Below are positions 18,547-28,374 of a stretch of 28,374 nt of DNA, piece after piece. Within the stretch, counting starts at the first letter, position 1; every line of letters begins with the position of its first letter. Both the position numbers and the translations under genes were made by a program. Below the pieces are notes generated by a model, which saw nothing but the letters and a program-made list of their open reading frames with translations, was not told the origin of the DNA and searched no databases. Source of the DNA: an archaeon (GTDB taxonomy: Archaea; AGJL01; Methanococci; Methanococcales; Methanocaldococcaceae); the NCBI GenBank assembly GCA_024278985.1, contig JAJRSC010000006.1, forward strand, positions 1 through 28,374. Reading direction: 5' to 3'.

Positions 18547-20225
18547 ATTTGGCAAAAAGAAGAGGATTTTTATGGAATTCTTTTGAAATTTATGGAGGTA
18601 TTGCAGGGTTTTATGATTATGGTCCTTTAGGATGTTTATTAAAGAACAATATCATAAATAAATTTAGAGAGGAATTTTTAATAAAAGAAGGATTTTATGA
18701 AATAGAAAGTCCTACAATTATGCCATATGAAGTTTTAAAAGCTTCTGGGCATGTTGATAACTTTACAGACCCTATTGTTGAGTGTAAAAATTGTTTAGAA
18801 TCCTTTAGAGCAGACCATTTAATTGAAGAAAGTATAAATATAGATACTGAAGGTTTATCATTAAAAAAGTTAGATGAAATTATAAAGAAAGAAAATATTA
18901 GATGTCCAAAATGTGGAGGAGAGTTAGGAGAAGTTAAAAGATTTAATTTAATGTTTGTTACTAACATTGGCCCAGGAGGAAAGAGGACAGGATATTTAAG
19001 ACCTGAAACAGCTCAGGGAATTTTTATACTATTTAAAAGATTATCTCAATTTTTTAGGAATAAATTACCTTTTGGTGTTATACAGATAGGGAAAAGTTAT
19101 AGAAATGAAATTTCTCCAAGGCAAGGGGTTATAAGGCTAAGAGAATTTACACAGGCAGAAATTGAATATTTTGTGAATCCAAAAGAAAAAAGACATGAAA
19201 AATTTAAGAATATAGAGGATGAAATAGTTAGATTACTTCCAGCAGAAAATCAAATTAATGGATTGGGAGAGGTAGAGATTACTTTAAAAGAGGCTGTAAA
19301 GAAAGAAATTATAAAACATGAGGTTATTGGATATTTTATATACAAAACAAAGAAATTTTTAATTGATATTGGAATAGATGAAAAAAAATTAAGATTTAGA
19401 CAACATCTACCAGATGAAATAGCACATTATGCAATTGACTGTTGGGATGCAGAAATATATACTGAAAGATTTGGATGGATTGAGTGTGTAGGAATAGCTG
19501 ATAGAACTGACTATGATTTAAAAAGTCATTCTTTACATAGTGGGGAACAGTTAGATATATTTGTTGAAGGAGAAGAGAAAGAAGTAGAATGTTATGAAAT
19601 TGAACTAAATTATAAAATAGTTGGGAAGATATTTAAAAAAGACACTAAGATGATTGAAAACTATATAAAAAAGTTATCTGAAGAAGATAAGGAAAATTTA
19701 ATAAATAAATTAGAGAATGAAGAGAAAATAATTTTAGAAATTGATGGCAAGAAATTTGAAATTTTAAAAGACTACTTAAAAATAAAAAAAGTTAAAAAAG
19801 TTATTAAAGGAGAAAAAGTTATTCCTCATGTTATTGAGCCATCTTTTGGTATTGATAGAATAATATACTGTTTATTAGAGCATAACTTTGTTGAAGAAGA
19901 GGACAGAGTTTATTTAAACTTAAAACCATACTTAGCTCCAATAAAAGTTTATGTTTTCCCATTAGTAAATAGAGAAAATATGCCTGAAATAGCTAAAAAT
20001 ATAACAAAAATGTTAAGAGAAAATAATATTATCGCTGAATATGATGATAGTGGAGCAATAGGTAGGAGATATTATAGAGCTGATGAAATAGGGGTGCCTT
20101 TTTGTATAACTGTTGATGGTCAGACATTGAAAGATAATACAGTAACTGTTAGAGAAAGAAATACAAAAAAACAGGAGAGAGTAAAAATAGAGAATATTAT
20201 AGATTATTTAAAAGAAAAATTATAA
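18522..20225 (+). CDS. glyS: Glycine--tRNA ligase (alpha2 type)
   Basis: YDYGPLG, LRPETAQG, RNEISPRQGVIRLREFTQAE, IEPSFGIDR and anticodon domain IGRRYYRADEIG. Confidence 0.98.
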   Translation: MDKYEKVIDLAKRRGFLWNSFEIYGGIAGFYDYGPLGCLLKNNIINKFREEFLIKEGFYEIESPTIMPYEVLKASGHVDNFTDPIVECKNCLESFRADHLIEESINIDTEGLSLKKLDEIIKKENIRCPKCGGELGEVKRFNLMFVTNIGPGGKRTGYLRPETAQGIFILFKRLSQFFRNKLPFGVIQIGKSYRNEISPRQGVIRLREFTQAEIEYFVNPKEKRHEKFKNIEDEIVRLLPAENQINGLGEVEITLKEAVKKEIIKHEVIGYFIYKTKKFLIDIGIDEKKLRFRQHLPDEIAHYAIDCWDAEIYTERFGWIECVGIADRTDYDLKSHSLHSGEQLDIFVEGEEKEVECYEIELNYKIVGKIFKKDTKMIENYIKKLSEEDKENLINKLENEEKIILEIDGKKFEILKDYLKIKKVKKVIKGEKVIPHVIEPSFGIDRIIYCLLEHNFVEEEDRVYLNLKPYLAPIKVYVFPLVNRENMPEIAKNITKMLRENNIIAEYDDSGAIGRRYYRADEIGVPFCITVDGQTLKDNTVTVRERNTKKQERVKIENIIDYLKEKL

Positions 20226-20356
20226 ATATTTATTTTTATTAGCACATATTTAAATATTTAGATATACGTAAAAATTATAAGATATCTATATATATAATGC
20301 CTCAATAATATTATATATAAAAAAATATATAAAAATAAAAAATATTAGGTGATAAT

Positions 20357-20929
20357 GTGAATATTGCAAAAAAAGTTTATGAGGAAGGAGTATTAAAGTT
20401 AAAGGAAAATGCTCCACAAATAATTGTTAGTTTGATAGTTGCAGCTTTAATATGGTTATTTGGTGTTCTTGTTTTTATTCCTTTAGCAGATATGTTAGGT
20501 AATCCTTATGTTTTTGGTTTAACAGCCTTAAAACCAATTATTTCAGCAATAATTGGTATTGCCTTAATTATACTCTTTCTAAGAATAGCTAAAGACTTTG
20601 GAGAATTGATGGATGGAGTTGCAGATATATTAGTATCTATAATTGCAAAAGATAGAATAACAGAGGAAAAATTGGAGAAATATAGAAGAGGATTTAGAGG
20701 ATTAGCTTATTTAATTGTTGTTATAATTGCATATTTATTTGCTATCCCAATATTAGCAGGAATTTCTCCAGTTATTGCAGGAATAGTTTTAATATTAATT
20801 GTTATTTGGGCTGTATTTGTATTATTAACATTAGGTAACTTATTCCACAAAGAGATTGAAGAAGGTGTTAGATTAGCTATTAAAAAGTTAGAAGAAAAAG
20901 CAAAATCTGAAGAAGAAGGTAATCAATAA
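20357..20929 (+). CDS. Hypothetical membrane protein (about 4 TM helices)
   Basis: 190-aa ORF, GGTGA SD before GTG, host-like codon usage, four hydrophobic segments. Confidence 0.85.
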   Translation: MNIAKKVYEEGVLKLKENAPQIIVSLIVAALIWLFGVLVFIPLADMLGNPYVFGLTALKPIISAIIGIALIILFLRIAKDFGELMDGVADILVSIIAKDRITEEKLEKYRRGFRGLAYLIVVIIAYLFAIPILAGISPVIAGIVLILIVIWAVFVLLTLGNLFHKEIEEGVRLAIKKLEEKAKSEEEGNQ

Positions 20930-20982
20930 TTATTATTTGTACTATCCTTTTTAATTTTTTTATAATTTAAACAAGTGATAAT

Positions 20983-21837
20983 ATGAAAATAAGATATCCT
21001 GCAGTTGCTGGAATGTTTTACCCTTCTGACCCTGAGGAACTTTTAGATTTAATAGAGCAGTGCTATCTTCATAAGTTAGGACCTAAGGCCTTACCAACTA
21101 AAGGAATATATAAAGTATCTGGATATGTATGTCCTCATGCAGGTTATATATATTCAGGACCTATTGCTGCTCATTCATATTATGAACTATCAAAGAGAGC
21201 AGATTTTGATGAAATAACTGTTGTTATTCTTGGACCAAATCATACAGGGTTAGGTTCTGGAGTTAGCGTTTCAGAGGCAGTATGGAAAACTCCACTTGGA
21301 GATTTTGAACCAGATTATGATTTTGTTGAATTGTTATGGAAAGAATGTGAAATAATAGATTTAGATGAACTGTCTCACTTAAAGGAGCATAGTATTGAGG
21401 TACAACTTCCTTTTTTAAAGCATCTTGAATATTTAGAGGTTGCTAAATTTAAAATAGTTCCTATATCTATGATGTTCCAGGATTATGAGACATCTATAGA
21501 AGTAGGTTATTTTATTGCTAAAATTGCCAAAGAACTTGGTAAAAAGGTTATTATTATTGCATCATCAGATTTTTCACATTATGAGCCCCAAGAAATAGCT
21601 ACACAAAAAGATAGATTGGTAATAAAAGATATATTGGAAATGGATGAAAAAAAGATATATGAAGATGTTAATAAATATAATATTTCAATGTGTGGGTATG
21701 GGCCAGTTATGGCAATGATTAGAGCAATGAAATTATTAGGAGCTAAAGATGCTAAATTATTGGCATATGCAACTTCTGGAGATATAACAGGAGATTATTC
21801 TGCTGTTGTTGGATATGCATCAATAGTAATTGAGTAA
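20983..21837 (+). CDS. MEMO1 / AmmeMemoRadiSam system protein B family
   Basis: [51 protein letters not shown]. Confidence 0.92.
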   Translation: MKIRYPAVAGMFYPSDPEELLDLIEQCYLHKLGPKALPTKGIYKVSGYVCPHAGYIYSGPIAAHSYYELSKRADFDEITVVILGPNHTGLGSGVSVSEAVWKTPLGDFEPDYDFVELLWKECEIIDLDELSHLKEHSIEVQLPFLKHLEYLEVAKFKIVPISMMFQDYETSIEVGYFIAKIAKELGKKVIIIASSDFSHYEPQEIATQKDRLVIKDILEMDEKKIYEDVNKYNISMCGYGPVMAMIRAMKLLGAKDAKLLAYATSGDITGDYSAVVGYASIVIE

Positions 21838-21843
21838 TTAATT

Positions 21844-24081
21844 ATGATGACAAAAAAAATTATTGTTAAGGGAATTGTTCAAGGAGTTGGATTTAGGCCA
21901 TTTATTTATAAATTGGCTAAAAAATACAATTTAAAGGGCTATGTTAAAAATTTGGGTAATGTTGTTGAGATAGTTGTAGAAGGAGAAAATATTGACAAAT
22001 TTATAGAAGATATAAAAACTAAAAAACCAAAATTAGCCAAAATATATTCTATAGAATCATTTTTTATAGAAAGACAGAATTTTAAAGACTTTTCTATTTT
22101 AAAAAGTGATGATTTTAAAGATGAGGGAATTATTCCAGCAGATATTTCTATTTGTGAAGATTGTTTAAAAGAAATTTTTAATAAAAATGATAGGAGATAT
22201 AGATATCCTTTTAATTCTTGTATAAATTGTGGTCCAAGATTTACAATAATCTATAATTTACCTTATGATAGAGAAAACACATCTATGAAAGACTTCCCTT
22301 TATGTAGAGATTGTTTAGAAGAGTATAATAATCCATATGATGATAGAAGATTCCATGCACAAACTATTTGCTGTCCTAACTGTGGCCCAAATGTTTTTTT
22401 AACTGATGGAGAAAATATTTTAGAAAAAAATGATAAATCTATTTTATTGGCAAAAAAATTATTAAATGAAGGTCATATTATTGCTATTAAAGGAATTGGT
22501 GGAATACATTTAGCTTGTAAAGTAGATGATGATGAAGTAGTTTTAAGATTAAGAGAAAAACTAAATAGAAAGAGCCAACCCTTTGCAGTAATGACACTTT
22601 TTGAGAATATTAAATTATTTGCTGAATATGATGATATAGAAAAAAAGGCACTTTTATCAAAAGAGAGGCCAATAGTTGTATTAAAGAAAGGTGAAAACTA
22701 TAATAATTATTTTTCAAAATATGTTTCAAATCTTGATACAATTGGAGTATTTTTACCCTATTCAGGATTACATTACTTATTATTGGAGGATGAATTTGCC
22801 TATATTATGACCTCTGCAAATCTTCCAGGCTTACCAATGATTAAGGATAATGAGGAAATTAAAAAACTTAGAAAAATTGCTGATTATTTCCTTTTACATA
22901 ATAGAAAAATTGTAAATAGATGTGATGATAGTGTTGTTAAAAAAATAGCCAATAGACTAATATTTTTAAGAAGAAGCAGGGGATATGCTCCTGAACCTAT
23001 AGAGGTTAATATTGATAACAATAAAACAATTTTATGTGTTGGAGCAGAATTAAATTCAACAGCATGTTTAATTAAAAATAATAAGTTTTATTTAACTCAA
23101 TATATAGGAAATACTTCAAAATATGAGACATTTAACTATTTAAAGGAAGCAATAAATACCTTACTAAAATTAACAAAAACTGACAAAATTGATATTGTTG
23201 TTTCTGATTTACATCCTCTTTATAATTCATCAAAGTTGGCCATAGAATTATCTAAAAAATATAACTCAGAACTTATTAAAATTCAACATCATTATGCACA
23301 TGGATTTAGTGTTTTGGGAGATAATAACTTTTTTGATAATGTAAAGATTCTTGCTTTAGATGGAGTAGGGTATGGATTAGATGGAAACCTCTGGGGTGGT
23401 GAAGTTTTAGAATATTATAATAACAAAATAAAAAGAATTGCCCATTTAGAAGAACAGTATCAATTAGGTGGAGACTTAGCAGTTAAATATCCCTTAAGAA
23501 TGTTGTTTTCAATACTATACAAGGCAATTGGTGAAGAAGCAAAAAAATTTTTAAGTAGATATATAAAAGAAAAGGAACTTAATATTTTAGAATTTCAACT
23601 AAAAAAGAAAATTAATTGTCCTATTACAACATCTGCAGGTAGGGTATTAGATGCTGTTTCAGCACTTTTAAATGTATGTCATGAAAAAACATATGATGGA
23701 GAACCTGCAATAAGATTAGAAAGTGTTGTTAAAAAATGTAGTAATATAGAAGTTAATCCAAAGATAAAAAATAATGTTTTATTAACAACTCCACTTATTG
23801 AAGATTGTTATTATATGTTATTAGAGGGTAGAGATATTGGTGAAATAGCATATTATGCTCATATGTATCTTGCTGAGGGATTATTTGAGATTGCCAAAAA
23901 AACTGATAACTTAGCTATAACTGGAGGAGTTAGTTATAATAGATATATAACTGAAAGAATAAAAGAATTATGTAAGGAGGAAAATATTAGGTTTATTTAT
24001 CATAATAAAATCCCTCCTGGAGATGGAGGAATTAGTTTTGGGCAGGGTATAGCATGTTTATCACAACTCCAAGATATATAA
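21844..24081 (+). CDS. hypF: [NiFe]-hydrogenase maturation carbamoyltransferase
   Basis: [11 protein letters not shown] acylphosphatase domain, two Zn fingers, [28 protein letters not shown]. Confidence 0.97.
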   Translation: MMTKKIIVKGIVQGVGFRPFIYKLAKKYNLKGYVKNLGNVVEIVVEGENIDKFIEDIKTKKPKLAKIYSIESFFIERQNFKDFSILKSDDFKDEGIIPADISICEDCLKEIFNKNDRRYRYPFNSCINCGPRFTIIYNLPYDRENTSMKDFPLCRDCLEEYNNPYDDRRFHAQTICCPNCGPNVFLTDGENILEKNDKSILLAKKLLNEGHIIAIKGIGGIHLACKVDDDEVVLRLREKLNRKSQPFAVMTLFENIKLFAEYDDIEKKALLSKERPIVVLKKGENYNNYFSKYVSNLDTIGVFLPYSGLHYLLLEDEFAYIMTSANLPGLPMIKDNEEIKKLRKIADYFLLHNRKIVNRCDDSVVKKIANRLIFLRRSRGYAPEPIEVNIDNNKTILCVGAELNSTACLIKNNKFYLTQYIGNTSKYETFNYLKEAINTLLKLTKTDKIDIVVSDLHPLYNSSKLAIELSKKYNSELIKIQHHYAHGFSVLGDNNFFDNVKILALDGVGYGLDGNLWGGEVLEYYNNKIKRIAHLEEQYQLGGDLAVKYPLRMLFSILYKAIGEEAKKFLSRYIKEKELNILEFQLKKKINCPITTSAGRVLDAVSALLNVCHEKTYDGEPAIRLESVVKKCSNIEVNPKIKNNVLLTTPLIEDCYYMLLEGRDIGEIAYYAHMYLAEGLFEIAKKTDNLAITGGVSYNRYITERIKELCKEENIRFIYHNKIPPGDGGISFGQGIACLSQLQDI

Positions 24082-25037
24082 TAATTGAAGATAATGCCAT
24101 TTTTAAGCTTCCAGATATATTAAAAAGATTAAACTTTAAGAGTCCTATTGTAGTAACAGGAAAGAATACTAAAAAGTACAATATTTTTGGCTATGATTAT
24201 ATCTATTACTCAGAATTAGAGGATGAAAAGATTCAAGGATATGATGTAGTTATAGGGTTAGGTGGAGGAATAGCTATAGATTTTGGGAAATTATTAGCAT
24301 ATAAATTAGGAATTCATTTTATTAGTGTTCCAACAACAGCCTCAAATGATGGTATTGCCTCTCCAATAGTTTCAATAAATCAGCCATCTTTTATGACAGA
24401 GTCCCCTATTGCCATACTGGCAGATACTGAGATTATAAAAAAATCTCCTAAGAGATTGATACTTTCAGGAGTTGGAGATATAGTAGCAAATATAACAGCT
24501 GTTTTAGATTGGAAACTTGCATATAAAGAAAAAAAGGAGCAATATAGTGAAAGTTCTGCAATATTTTCCTGGACAATTGCTGAGGAATTGATAAACTACA
24601 TATTAAACTCAGATAACAATTTAAAATTGTTAGTTCCTAAGTTAGTTAAGGCACTAATTGGTAGTGGCATAACTATTGCTATAGCCAATTCATCACGCCC
24701 AGCTTCTGGAAGTGAGCATCTTTTTTCTCATGCTTTAGATATACTAAAAGAAAAATATAATTTTAATAGCCTACATGGAGAACAGTGTGGTATTGGTAGT
24801 ATAATAATGAGTTACCTACATGAAAAAGAAAATCCAAATTTAAATATTCATAAAAAAATAAGAGATACTTTAAATAAAATAAATGCTCCAACTAAATTAA
24901 AAGATATTGGGATAGATGAAGATATAGCTATAGAGGCATTAATGTTAGCTCCAAAAGTTAGAAATAGATGGACAATATTAAGAAATGGATTAAGCAAAGA
25001 AAAAGCTAAGGAAATTATAGAAAAAACAGTTTTATAA
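24054..25037 (+). CDS. egsA: sn-glycerol-1-phosphate dehydrogenase [NAD(P)+]
   Basis: [43 protein letters not shown]. Confidence 0.95.
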   Translation: MFITTPRYIIIEDNAIFKLPDILKRLNFKSPIVVTGKNTKKYNIFGYDYIYYSELEDEKIQGYDVVIGLGGGIAIDFGKLLAYKLGIHFISVPTTASNDGIASPIVSINQPSFMTESPIAILADTEIIKKSPKRLILSGVGDIVANITAVLDWKLAYKEKKEQYSESSAIFSWTIAEELINYILNSDNNLKLLVPKLVKALIGSGITIAIANSSRPASGSEHLFSHALDILKEKYNFNSLHGEQCGIGSIIMSYLHEKENPNLNIHKKIRDTLNKINAPTKLKDIGIDEDIAIEALMLAPKVRNRWTILRNGLSKEKAKEIIEKTVL

Positions 25038-25056
25038 TTTTTTTGTGGTGTTATTT

Positions 25057-25782
25057 ATGCTGAAAATTTTAATTGGCTTTGCTTTTGTTATTCTTTCAAT
25101 TATTATAAGTTATATAACCAAACTTAAATATGAGTTTAAAATTTTATATGTATCAATATTGGCATTAGTTCAATTATTTTTATTAGGCTATATATTAACA
25201 TTTATTTTTTCTTTGGAAGATATTGGGATTATTATAATGTTATTATTAATGACTATTACAGCCATTATTATAGTTGGAAGAAATATAAAATAGATATCAA
25301 AAAAGAAATTATATATCTCTCTATTTATAACTTTTTTAGTAACTACTTTTTTAACATTATCAATTCTTATTTTTGGGATTATTGAGCCAAAACCTATATA
25401 TGTTATTCCTCTCTCAGGAATGGTTATTGGAAATACTATGAATACAGTCCATCAAACTCTTGATTATATAACAGATAATATTAAAAAAGAGAAAGATATT
25501 TTACTTGGATATTTTGCTTTAGGAGCTACTGAACTTATTGCAATAATGCCATTTATAAAAAAAGCTGTAAAATTCTCTATAACTCCACTTATTAATAGAA
25601 CAAAAACTGTTGGAATTATATTTATTCCTGGAGCTATGGTAGGAATGTTATTAGCTGGAGCAAATCCTATAAATGCTGCTGAAATACAAATTATTATTAT
25701 GTGGATGATACTCTTCTCTTCAATATTTTCAAGTTTTTTTATATGTTATTTACTAAAAAAAGAATTAGTTAAAATTGGCTAA
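25057..25782 (+). pseudogene. UPF0014/FetB(YbbM)-like ABC permease, full-length 241-codon frame with one in-frame TAG at codon 79 (25291-25293)
   Basis: Track ORFs 25045..25293 and 25420..25782 share a frame. The linker reads [42 protein letters not shown]. Motifs [34 protein letters not shown] are present. Confidence 0.85.
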
Positions 25783-27017
25783 GATTTAATTTTTTTATAC
25801 CTATATCCAGATGACAATAAAGCTGCCCCTACAGCCCCAATTAATTGAGAATATCTTGGAACTATAATTTCTCTTCCTAAAACCTCCTCCATAGCCATAA
25901 CTAAACCTTTTAATAAACTACTTCCTCCAACTAAAATTACTGGTTCTCTAACATCAATTTCTTGCAACTGTTGTTCATAAACCTGCTCAGCAACAGAATG
26001 TGCAGCTGCAGCTGCAACATCTTCCGGCTTAGCACCTTCTGCCAAGGCAGTAACTAAATCCTGAATACCAAAGACAATACAATAACTGTTCATTCTAATT
26101 TTTCTCCAATCTCCTTTTGCTGCTAATTCTCCTAACTCTTTTAATGATACCCCTAACCTTCTTGCTGTTAATTCAAAGAACCTACCACTTGCTCCAGCAC
26201 AAATACCTCCCATGGTAAAGTTATCAGGAATAGCATCATATAATGATATTGCCTTATTATCCATTCCTCCAATATCTATAACAGTTGCCTCTCCTTCCTG
26301 CTTATCAGCAAGATATGCTGCTCCTTTTGAATTTACTGTTATCTCTTCCTGAATTAAATCAGCATTGTAATATCTCCCAACTGTATATCTACCATATCCA
26401 GTAGTTCCAATTGTTTCAATTTGGTCAAAGCTAATATTTGCCTCTTTTAATGCATTTTCAACTGCTTCTTTAGCAGATTCTATAACATCCTTTGTATAAA
26501 CCCAACCAGTACCAACAACTTCATTATCTATCATAATAACTGCTTTTGTTGTAGTTGAACCACTGTCTATTCCTAAACTTATTCCTTCTTGTTTTTTTCT
26601 TGCTAATAAAGCTTTTTTCTCTACTATTGTAGCAAGGGCTTCCATTCTTGTTAATAATTCTGATGCTTTAGTTCTTTCAGTAAATGAATACATAACAACT
26701 GGAAGATTTGTATTTTCCTGAATAAGTTTTCTAACTTCATTTCTTACTAATGCCCCCTCTGCACATCTAAAACATGTACAAACAAAAACAGCCTCTGCAT
26801 CTGAATTTCCTTCAATTATAGACATGGCTCTTGCAAACATTAATTTTAAATTGGATGAACCAACTTTAAAACCTAATCTTTCCTCAACTTCCTCAATATA
26901 ATCCAAATCTACTTCAGGAAAAACTAACTCTCCTCCTACAGATTTAGCAGCTTTTTCAATTTCTTTATAAACTCCACTCCACTCTGCTCCACATGTTAAT
27001 AAAGCAATTTTAACCAT
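25779..27017 (-). CDS. Methanogenesis marker protein 15 (CoA-substrate activase-like ASKHA ATPase with Fe-S Cys residues)
   Basis: [53 protein letters not shown]. Confidence 0.88.
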   Translation of the reverse strand: MVKIALLTCGAEWSGVYKEIEKAAKSVGGELVFPEVDLDYIEEVEERLGFKVGSSNLKLMFARAMSIIEGNSDAEAVFVCTCFRCAEGALVRNEVRKLIQENTNLPVVMYSFTERTKASELLTRMEALATIVEKKALLARKKQEGISLGIDSGSTTTKAVIMIDNEVVGTGWVYTKDVIESAKEAVENALKEANISFDQIETIGTTGYGRYTVGRYYNADLIQEEITVNSKGAAYLADKQEGEATVIDIGGMDNKAISLYDAIPDNFTMGGICAGASGRFFELTARRLGVSLKELGELAAKGDWRKIRMNSYCIVFGIQDLVTALAEGAKPEDVAAAAAHSVAEQVYEQQLQEIDVREPVILVGGSSLLKGLVMAMEEVLGREIIVPRYSQLIGAVGAALLSSGYRYKKIKS

Positions 27018-27125
27018 TATAATACACCCTAATTAATGTTATCATTATTCTAATTTTTTTATCTTTAGGGCTATATATGTATTTATGCTTAAACAAAAAA
27101 TTATTATCTATAAAAAAATTTAAAA

Positions 27126-27893
<768 letters not shown>

Positions 27894-27952
27894 TTAATCA
27901 CCATATCCTTAAATTCAAATAAATTAATAAAATTTTTTAAAAAAATAAAATT

Positions 27953-28050
27953 GTTGGAGGGTCCTCTTAACGAGGTTCCCCTCCAACTCCTGCAACATAT
28001 TAGCAGGATTCAGGATACCCCAAAGATGGTTAGCGTTGCGCCCACCCCGT
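27953..28050 (-). ncRNA. Putative ~100-nt structured non-coding RNA (family not identified)
   Basis: About 55% GC (53/97 by hand count) in very AT-rich flanks; several helices; TTTATATA 24 bp upstream on the minus strand; U-tract immediately downstream; no ORF. Confidence 0.75.
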
Positions 28051-28073
28051 ATATAATTTAATTGTATATTCCC

Positions 28074-28081
28074 TATATAAA
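28074..28081 (-). promoter_or_regulatory. TATA box of the putative ncRNA
   Basis: Minus-strand TTTATATA at canonical archaeal spacing from position 28050. Confidence 0.65.
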
Positions 28082-28174
28082 AATATCTATTTGATTAATG
28101 TAAATATTTTATAGTCAAATTTTTAGAAAAATTAAAATTGTTATGTCTTTACTTTCTATTAAATATATTTGGAT

Positions 28175-28374
28175 AACATTTATCACGCTAAAAATTTTTT
28201 ATTTTTAGTTTAGAAGAATTTAATCGGTTATTTTTTAATTTTAAGGATTTTTATCAATTTTCTAAGGGTCGCGTATTTTAATTATTTTAAATATTTAGAT
28301 GTAGTGAATTATCGAGATTTTTAAAAGATTTTTGACAGTTAATTTTAAATTAAAATTTCCCCAATAAAAAAAAC
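28175..28374 (+). repeat. Probable 5' part of another CRISPR leader (Methanocaldococcus long-repeat element), cut by window end
   Basis: Non-coding. TTTCTAAGGG...ATTATTT.AAATATTTAGA..TAGTGAATTATC.AGATTTTTAAAA resembles, from recollection only, the long leader preceding M. jannaschii arrays. Boundaries approximate. Confidence 0.45.

Noticed and set aside
1964-18967. Short opposite-strand ORFs (1964, 2500, 2813, 3964, 6735, 7420, 7683, 8663, 11759, 18695)
   Set aside because: Antisense shadows of well-supported genes, with no recognisable motifs.
20264-20273. ATACGTAAAA shared with the CRISPR leader (84-93)
   Set aside because: Only 10 bp and AT-rich, with no convincing extension.
20348-20360. 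ATG-TGA start-stop overlapping the GTG start of the membrane protein
   Set aside because: The GTG is at the usual 4-nt spacing from GGTGA; the ATG is only 2 nt away and likely incidental.
3704-24081. Inteins, transposases or integrases
   Set aside because: EF-2, RadA, GlyS and HypF have normal lengths; no mobile-element ORF, terminal repeat or duplicated tRNA 3' end was seen.
10974-25293. Genome-wide stop reassignment, pyrrolysine or selenocysteine as the cause of the internal stops
   Set aside because: The internal stops are TAA, TAA and TAG, not TGA. TAA terminates most genes here and TAG terminates three (15077, 18544, 25779).
27988-28050. Canonical TPP riboswitch upstream of thi4
   Set aside because: GGGGUG and CCUGA..UAAU..GCAGGA loosely echo the TPP aptamer, but the conserved CUGAGA is absent and the P5 helix cannot be drawn; kept only as an unidentified RNA.

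Overview
AT-rich archaeal chromosomal segment from a hyperthermophilic methanogen. Gene content, protein sequences and the CRISPR repeat point to Methanocaldococcus or a close relative (recognised from memory, not searched). It opens in a CRISPR leader plus a cas-less array (19 full 30-bp repeats, 1 truncated repeat, 19 spacers). Housekeeping genes follow: rpl30e-nusA-rps12-rps7-fusA, queC, glnA, amt, nhaP, radA, hemA, sirC, pfdA, tRNA-Val(UAC), a TmcAL-like nucleotidyltransferase, a GT4 glycosyltransferase, an AI-2E permease, ribL, an MnmC-like methyltransferase, glyS, a membrane protein, a MEMO1-family gene, hypF, egsA, a FetB-like permease, methanogenesis marker 15 and thi4. The window ends in what looks like the start of another CRISPR leader. 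Most notable: (1) three otherwise intact genes (radA, pfdA, FetB-like) each carry one in-frame TAA/TAG with no frameshift, which could be sequencing artefact, recent mutation or recoding; (2) a ~100-nt, ~55% GC structured RNA candidate with its own TATA box upstream of thi4, whose last hairpin has archaeal SECIS geometry although no selenoprotein is visible; (3) two spacers overlap by 17 bp, tiling one target and exposing a CCN-type PAM; (4) three NrpR-type operators lie between glnA and an amt gene that has no adjacent glnK.
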